Assembly: GCA_021513715.1 (NCBI GenBank)
Contig: CP084167.1
Location: 658,117-722,116, forward strand
From: Candidatus Heimdallarchaeum endolithica
Lineage (GTDB): Archaea > Asgardarchaeota > Heimdallarchaeia > Heimdallarchaeales > Heimdallarchaeaceae
DNA: 64,000 nt
Direction: 5' to 3'
Positions 59,089 through 64,000 of this stretch are shown one piece after another. How positions within the stretch are numbered: position 1 is the first letter of the stretch; each line of letters begins with the position of its first letter. The notes beneath the pieces are model-generated. The model saw only the letters and a list, made by a program, of their open reading frames with translations. It made no database searches and was not told the origin of the DNA. The position numbers were made by a program, and so were the translations under genes.

Positions 59089-59766
59089 ATGAATAAAAAG
59101 TACGAAGACGTTTTACATTTCAATCAGAAACAAATAATGGTTTTAAACGAGAAACAGACAGAATTAATTCGAGACCCCCAATATTCTCCAATAACAAGAG
59201 TTCTTCGTTCTGGCCCATTAACTGTTCAAGAAATAACAGAAGAATATAACAAACTTATTCTATTGAATTGTCAAATCGATACAGAAAATAATGGTGATTT
59301 TGAGAAATTAAAAAGGTCTGAGAAATCTATATACAGATATCTTCGTGATCTTGAAGAATCAGGATTAGTAACAGTAGCAGGTCAAAGAGTTATTTTTGGT
59401 CAAACTGCTACACAAAAACTATGGTCGAGAACAGCTAAAATTTTTGTTTTTAAAACACAAACAGTAAATTTCTGGAAAACAGAAGAAGGATTAAAATTTG
59501 CAGAGAAAATTAATGATTTATTGCATATTATTTTTGAAGATTATGATAAAGAGTGCAAATATACTCAAGAATTATTAATAAAATTGAATAAAATAGCTGA
59601 AGAATCTATTTTAGAGATTTTTACTAAAAATCCAGAAAGAATCGATGAAATAATTGGAAGTTGTGATTTCGAAGATCTGAATCATATTCTCAAAGAACTT
59701 CATCTATTAATTTTATTGTTGAAAAAAGATGAGGTTGAAGCTTTGTTACAAAGTTGTTTTGATTAA
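59089..59766 (+). CDS. Hypothetical protein with winged-helix-like segment
   Basis: 225 aa; IYRYLRDLEESGLVTVAGQRVIF resembles a wHTH recognition helix and wing. Confidence 0.35.
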   Translation: MNKKYEDVLHFNQKQIMVLNEKQTELIRDPQYSPITRVLRSGPLTVQEITEEYNKLILLNCQIDTENNGDFEKLKRSEKSIYRYLRDLEESGLVTVAGQRVIFGQTATQKLWSRTAKIFVFKTQTVNFWKTEEGLKFAEKINDLLHIIFEDYDKECKYTQELLIKLNKIAEESILEIFTKNPERIDEIIGSCDFEDLNHILKELHLLILLLKKDEVEALLQSCFD

Positions 59767-59777
59767 TTTAAACGATT

Positions 59778-62000
59778 TTAACCTAGAACAAGTTCTTTTT
59801 TTGGTTTTGATTTTTGTTTAACCTTTTTTACTTCAATAGTTTTTTTCTCTGCTTTATTATCTTTTTTTTCTTTCAAATCTTCTCTTTCTTTATTTAGGAC
59901 TGGTTTTACTGTTTCTTCCTTTTCTTTAACAACGGAAACTTCTTCTTTTTTTGTTTTACATTCTTCTTCTGTCTGTATTTTCTTTATTTTAGTTTCTTTT
60001 TTATCAAGAACAAGCTTTTCTGATTTTTTCTCTTTTTCAAGGTCTTTTGTTTTTATTAATTCTTTCTTTTCTTTAGCCTTTAAGACTTCTTTCTCCATTT
60101 CTTTCTTTTCTTTTTTCTTAACTTTTTTTTCTACCTCTTCAACTACCCTAATATGCATTTTTTCTTTTACTTTTTGATAGAGTTTAGTTGACCAAGGTAA
60201 TGCCTTTTGAATTGAAACACTAGAGAGAGAACGAAGTATTTCTGTAACAAATTTTTTTTGTATTTCTTTATTTCCTGCAAGCTTGTTATATGCATTTAGT
60301 AAAACTGAATAAATATATTCTTCATCATCATAAAGAAACAAAATATCTCTAATAACATTTGAAAGATTTTCGTTTTTTTCAAATTGAAAAATATTTTTAC
60401 AAATTATATCCTCAAAAGATTTTTTAAGAGCTAAACGGTTTGTTTTCTCTGTTTTTAGATCAAAGCATAATTGAATGCTTTCTATAGTTAAATCTTGTAA
60501 TGAATTCGAAATGAATCCTTTTTTTTGACTTAAAACAGAGTTAACAGCATTCAGGAAGTTTGAACTTAAAGTTTCTGAACTAATCGACATTAATTCATTT
60601 CTTTGTTTGTTAAAAACTAATTCACTTTTTAAATTCTGTAGTATTACTATTACTTCTTCTACATCAAAGTTTTTTGCTATTTTGCTCTTAATTGATTCTT
60701 CTGAAAAAAATAGTGAATATTGATAAAATTTTTCGCTTAACTCTAGCAATTTAGAATCTTGATTTTTGTTCATATCTTTTAGATTCATTGAAATAGCTAC
60801 TAACAATCCTTGAATAGTTTTTTCTGTTTTTTTCTTTTCTTCATCTTTTGAAACTTGAAGCTTTAGTAGCATAACAATTAGCTTTTTAATTTGTAAAACT
60901 ACTAGCTCTTTCTCCTCTAATGATAAATCTGACAACTCTGTATCTACTGCAATTAATGATTTGTCTAACAATAAGTTTAAGTTTTCCTTTGTTTTTGAAC
61001 TAACTTGATTTTCCTTATCTAAAGTATGAAAATAAGCAAAAACACTTATTGAAAATAAATCTACTTTTTCTTCTAGTCTATTCAGGAAAACTTCAAAGTT
61101 GTTTATTATTTTTTCTAATTTTTCTTCAGGTTTATCTTGTTGTTCTAAACCTATTTTAAAACTATTTAAGTAATCCTTAGAGCATTTTGAAGAAAAAACA
61201 TACATAATAGTTGGATAAAAAGTAAGATATCTAAGTAGATCTTTCTTAACCATCCTAATATCAAAAAAATATTCAGATTTACTCATAGAAAGTGAAAAAT
61301 TGGTAAGAAATTGTGCTTTTTCTATAGGTAAAAATCTTAAAAGATCATTTTCTAGATGCTCAAATCGTATAAGTTTTCTTCCACAAGAAGGACATTTATC
61401 TTCGATTGTTATTTTTTGTCCACAGATTGAACATAAAACAGTCTTTTTTCTTAATTGCACTCCACATTGATTACAATAATTACTGTCTGGATGATTAGAA
61501 GAACCACAATTTAAACATTTAACAACTTTAAAGGCTGGTTTTTCTTTTTGTTCAAAATGTTGCTCTTTCTGCATTTGTTCATTACTATTACTTATCTTTA
61601 GAATGCTAAATTTTAATCCACAATATTTACAAAAGCGAGCATTGGGAGGGTTAACAGTCCCACAGTTCGAGCATATCAATACGTTTGGTTCAGTTTTTTT
61701 CTCACCTATCTTTGCTCCACATTGTGTACAAAAAACAGCGTTGATTTTTTGTTTTGACCTACAAGAAGGGCACTCTTTTGTTTGTAAAACAGCTATATTA
61801 TTTGTGTTTCTTTCGTTTTTAAAATTAAAACCACATTTAGAGCAAAACAGAGCCTCTTTACGAACATATTTCTGACAAATAGGACATTGTTTAAGAAGTG
61901 TATATTCAGAAGGAATGTCAATCTTATGTCCACAATGAGTACAATAAGAAACTTCTTGTTTATTGAGCAACCCACAACTATTACACATCTTTTTTATCAT
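59778..62000 (-). CDS. Multi-zinc-ribbon protein with long helical body and Lys/Glu-rich tail
   Basis: At least ten CxxC pairs arranged as five double-zinc-ribbon units in the N-terminal 215 aa; C-terminal ~110 aa low-complexity K/E-rich. Confidence 0.5.
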   Translation of the reverse strand: MIKKMCNSCGLLNKQEVSYCTHCGHKIDIPSEYTLLKQCPICQKYVRKEALFCSKCGFNFKNERNTNNIAVLQTKECPSCRSKQKINAVFCTQCGAKIGEKKTEPNVLICSNCGTVNPPNARFCKYCGLKFSILKISNSNEQMQKEQHFEQKEKPAFKVVKCLNCGSSNHPDSNYCNQCGVQLRKKTVLCSICGQKITIEDKCPSCGRKLIRFEHLENDLLRFLPIEKAQFLTNFSLSMSKSEYFFDIRMVKKDLLRYLTFYPTIMYVFSSKCSKDYLNSFKIGLEQQDKPEEKLEKIINNFEVFLNRLEEKVDLFSISVFAYFHTLDKENQVSSKTKENLNLLLDKSLIAVDTELSDLSLEEKELVVLQIKKLIVMLLKLQVSKDEEKKKTEKTIQGLLVAISMNLKDMNKNQDSKLLELSEKFYQYSLFFSEESIKSKIAKNFDVEEVIVILQNLKSELVFNKQRNELMSISSETLSSNFLNAVNSVLSQKKGFISNSLQDLTIESIQLCFDLKTEKTNRLALKKSFEDIICKNIFQFEKNENLSNVIRDILFLYDDEEYIYSVLLNAYNKLAGNKEIQKKFVTEILRSLSSVSIQKALPWSTKLYQKVKEKMHIRVVEEVEKKVKKKEKKEMEKEVLKAKEKKELIKTKDLEKEKKSEKLVLDKKETKIKKIQTEEECKTKKEEVSVVKEKEETVKPVLNKEREDLKEKKDNKAEKKTIEVKKVKQKSKPKKELVLG

Positions 62001-62168
62001 ATAGACCCAGCACTAATTTCTATTTAGAATAAAACATGCAAGTATATATAACTAGTTTTTTTATAATTATTCAAAAATTAAAATTCTTATTGTACAGCTG
62101 TTTGTACAGTCCTTTTTTCTCTCTGTACAAAGTCTTTATATAAATACAATGAAAATCCAAGACAAAAT

Positions 62169-64000
62169 ATGAAAAATAGAATTGAAACAAAAAATAGAAA
62201 TTTCATTTTGATTTTGGTAATGATATTTTTACTCAGTTTTTCAAGTGAACACATTTTAGTTAGCGCATCAATTACTATTTACTCAGAAAGCAATATACAC
62301 TTCTCTGATGAAACTGCGGAAATCATAATAAATTCAGATGATGATTTTGTAAAATATGGATTTCCTGGTAATGGTTCAGTAGATAATCCATATATTATAA
62401 GCAATTTAACTCTCAACACTTCGAAAATGTACGGTTTTGTTATTACTAACATAAGCTCTTATTTTATCATTGAAAACTGTTTTATTAGATCTGCACATTA
62501 TGGAATATTTATTGGTCATATTAAAGGAAATCATACAATTATTAGAAATAATACCTTTTATAAAAATCCAGTAGCTATTGAAATCTCTCACGTACCTGGT
62601 ATTTCTATTATAAACAACACTTTCAATGAAAATATAGATTTTGGAATATTTATTGAATACTCTCCCAATTCTACTATTAGCTCGAATAATTTCTACAAAA
62701 ACGGTGTTGGTTATACAGGAAATGGTTTGATAATCAAAAGTTCTAAAGATTCAATTATATTAAACAACTCATTTGTTAGTGATGGTCTGGCTATTGATCC
62801 TTCTAATTCAGGAAATGAATTAAATTTATTCAATAATACTGTTAATAATAAAGAAATAGGTTACTTTTTAAGAAAAAACAACTTGAATATAGATCAATCT
62901 GTTTATGGCCAAATAATTATTACAGATTGTTATAATGTTAGTATTTCAAATCAACAAATTTCAGAAACAGATGTAGCTATTTCTATTTATTATTCAACTA
63001 ATGTATACATTTCTAACAATAATCTTAAGGTTAATGACAAGGGTATTTTCCTATTTCAAACATATAATTTTACAATAGAAGGCAATTCACTTGAAAATAA
63101 CTCTTTGTATGGTTTAGGAATTAATGATTGTACTAAATTTAACATTATAAATAATGATATTATCAAAAATAGAAAAGGAATAGAACTTTTTATCATCGAT
63201 GGATTTCTAAGTTCCAATATTACTAAAAATAGAATCAAAGAGAATTTAGAACAAGGAATAGCATTAAGTAGTGTAAATAAGGTAAACATAAGCGAGAATG
63301 TCATATTTAAGAACTTAGTTGGATTATATGCCTATTATTCTTCTGATGTTTATATAGTTTCAAATTATTTTGAGTCTAATTCACTCTATGCGATAATTTT
63401 AATGGATAGTACAAGTGAATTCCATATTTACTATAACTATTTTACAGCAAATAACTATGAAAACGAAAATGAAAGCCAATGTTTAGATGATGGCATAGAC
63501 AACCTTTGGTACAATCCTGAAACAAAGAAAGGGAATTATTGGTCAGACCTTTATCATGAAAAAGAATACATAATAGATGGTTTTGCAGAAAGTGTAGATC
63601 AATATCCAATAGACCTATTTATTATAGATTACCCCAATTTATTTAGTTGGAAACGTATAACAATTTTTCTTTTAGTTACAGTGGCCCTTATAGGAGGAGG
63701 AATTTATTTCTTAAGTAGAATAATTAAAAGAAACAATTCTTATCTTTCTGACAAAAAGAAAGAATCAAAGAATGAGGAAAAATTGATTTATGATCCTAAA
63801 AAAGAAAAAAAAGATAAGCACTTAAGTTCTCCAACTGCTACTTTGAATAAGCAAATCAAAAAACATTTAGCAAAGAGCTTTTCTAAATGGTTTATAGTGG
63901 GTTCATTTTCTGTTCTTCTCATCAGTTCTGGTTTTCTCGCATACAAAATTTCTGTTTCTCCTGATAACAATAATTCTAATATTATCGTAAATTATGCACA
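62169..64000 (+). CDS. Secreted right-handed beta-helix repeat protein with C-terminal TM anchor, 3' end beyond window
   Basis: ATG at 62169, open frame to the window end; signal-like N-terminus; repeated N-N-x-F/I-x-x-N beta-helix units; TM helix (ITIFLLVTVALIGGGIYFL) followed by a Lys-rich segment. Confidence 0.6.
   Translation, partial: MKNRIETKNRNFILILVMIFLLSFSSEHILVSASITIYSESNIHFSDETAEIIINSDDDFVKYGFPGNGSVDNPYIISNLTLNTSKMYGFVITNISSYFIIENCFIRSAHYGIFIGHIKGNHTIIRNNTFYKNPVAIEISHVPGISIINNTFNENIDFGIFIEYSPNSTISSNNFYKNGVGYTGNGLIIKSSKDSIILNNSFVSDGLAIDPSNSGNELNLFNNTVNNKEIGYFLRKNNLNIDQSVYGQIIITDCYNVSISNQQISETDVAISIYYSTNVYISNNNLKVNDKGIFLFQTYNFTIEGNSLENNSLYGLGINDCTKFNIINNDIIKNRKGIELFIIDGFLSSNITKNRIKENLEQGIALSSVNKVNISENVIFKNLVGLYAYYSSDVYIVSNYFESNSLYAIILMDSTSEFHIYYNYFTANNYENENESQCLDDGIDNLWYNPETKKGNYWSDLYHEKEYIIDGFAESVDQYPIDLFIIDYPNLFSWKRITIFLLVTVALIGGGIYFLSRIIKRNNSYLSDKKKESKNEEKLIYDPKKEKKDKHLSSPTATLNKQIKKHLAKSFSKWFIVGSFSVLLISSGFLAYKISVSPDNNNSNIIVNYA

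Noticed and set aside
1-64000. Search for tRNA or rRNA genes via GC-rich 70-90 nt islands and T-loop-like GTTCRANTC motifs
   Set aside because: No candidate with acceptor, D, anticodon and T stems was found by eye; GC-rich islands were explained by IS remnants or Gly-rich coding sequence. tRNAscan-SE would be decisive.

Overview
AT-rich (~30% GC) prokaryotic window that looks archaeal and, by inference, Asgard/Lokiarchaeia-like: it carries a complex-I-like NuoB-C-D-I module, a membrane H+/Na+ pyrophosphatase, two tandem eukaryote-like Ras/Rab small GTPases and two proteins sharing a roadblock/LC7-like domain. All calls are from reading the sequence and ORF translations by eye; no database search was run. 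Housekeeping and transport genes: NuoBCDI with a convergent ferredoxin, flavodoxin, MMPL transporter with divergent TetR regulator, HSL-type esterase, HppA, VKOR-like protein, two MFS transporters, P2-type cation ATPase, class V aminotransferase. The most interesting locus is a tight five-gene operon (17433-24946): MoxR-like AAA+ ATPase, 977-aa protein, SWIM-like zinc-finger protein, 436-aa protein, vWA/MIDAS protein; its function is unknown. The window is also rich in mobile DNA and gene decay: a TnpB-like nuclease gene followed by a conserved structured 3' element (candidate omega-RNA), with a degenerate second copy showing compensatory stem changes; an IS4/IS5-like element with perfect 17-bp inverted repeats and a 6-bp target duplication; an IS481-like transposase; nested IS remnants; and several pseudogene fragments. 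A ~1040-aa surface protein contains near-identical intragenic tandem repeats of 138 bp and 144 bp. No CRISPR array, rRNA or tRNA gene was recognised.
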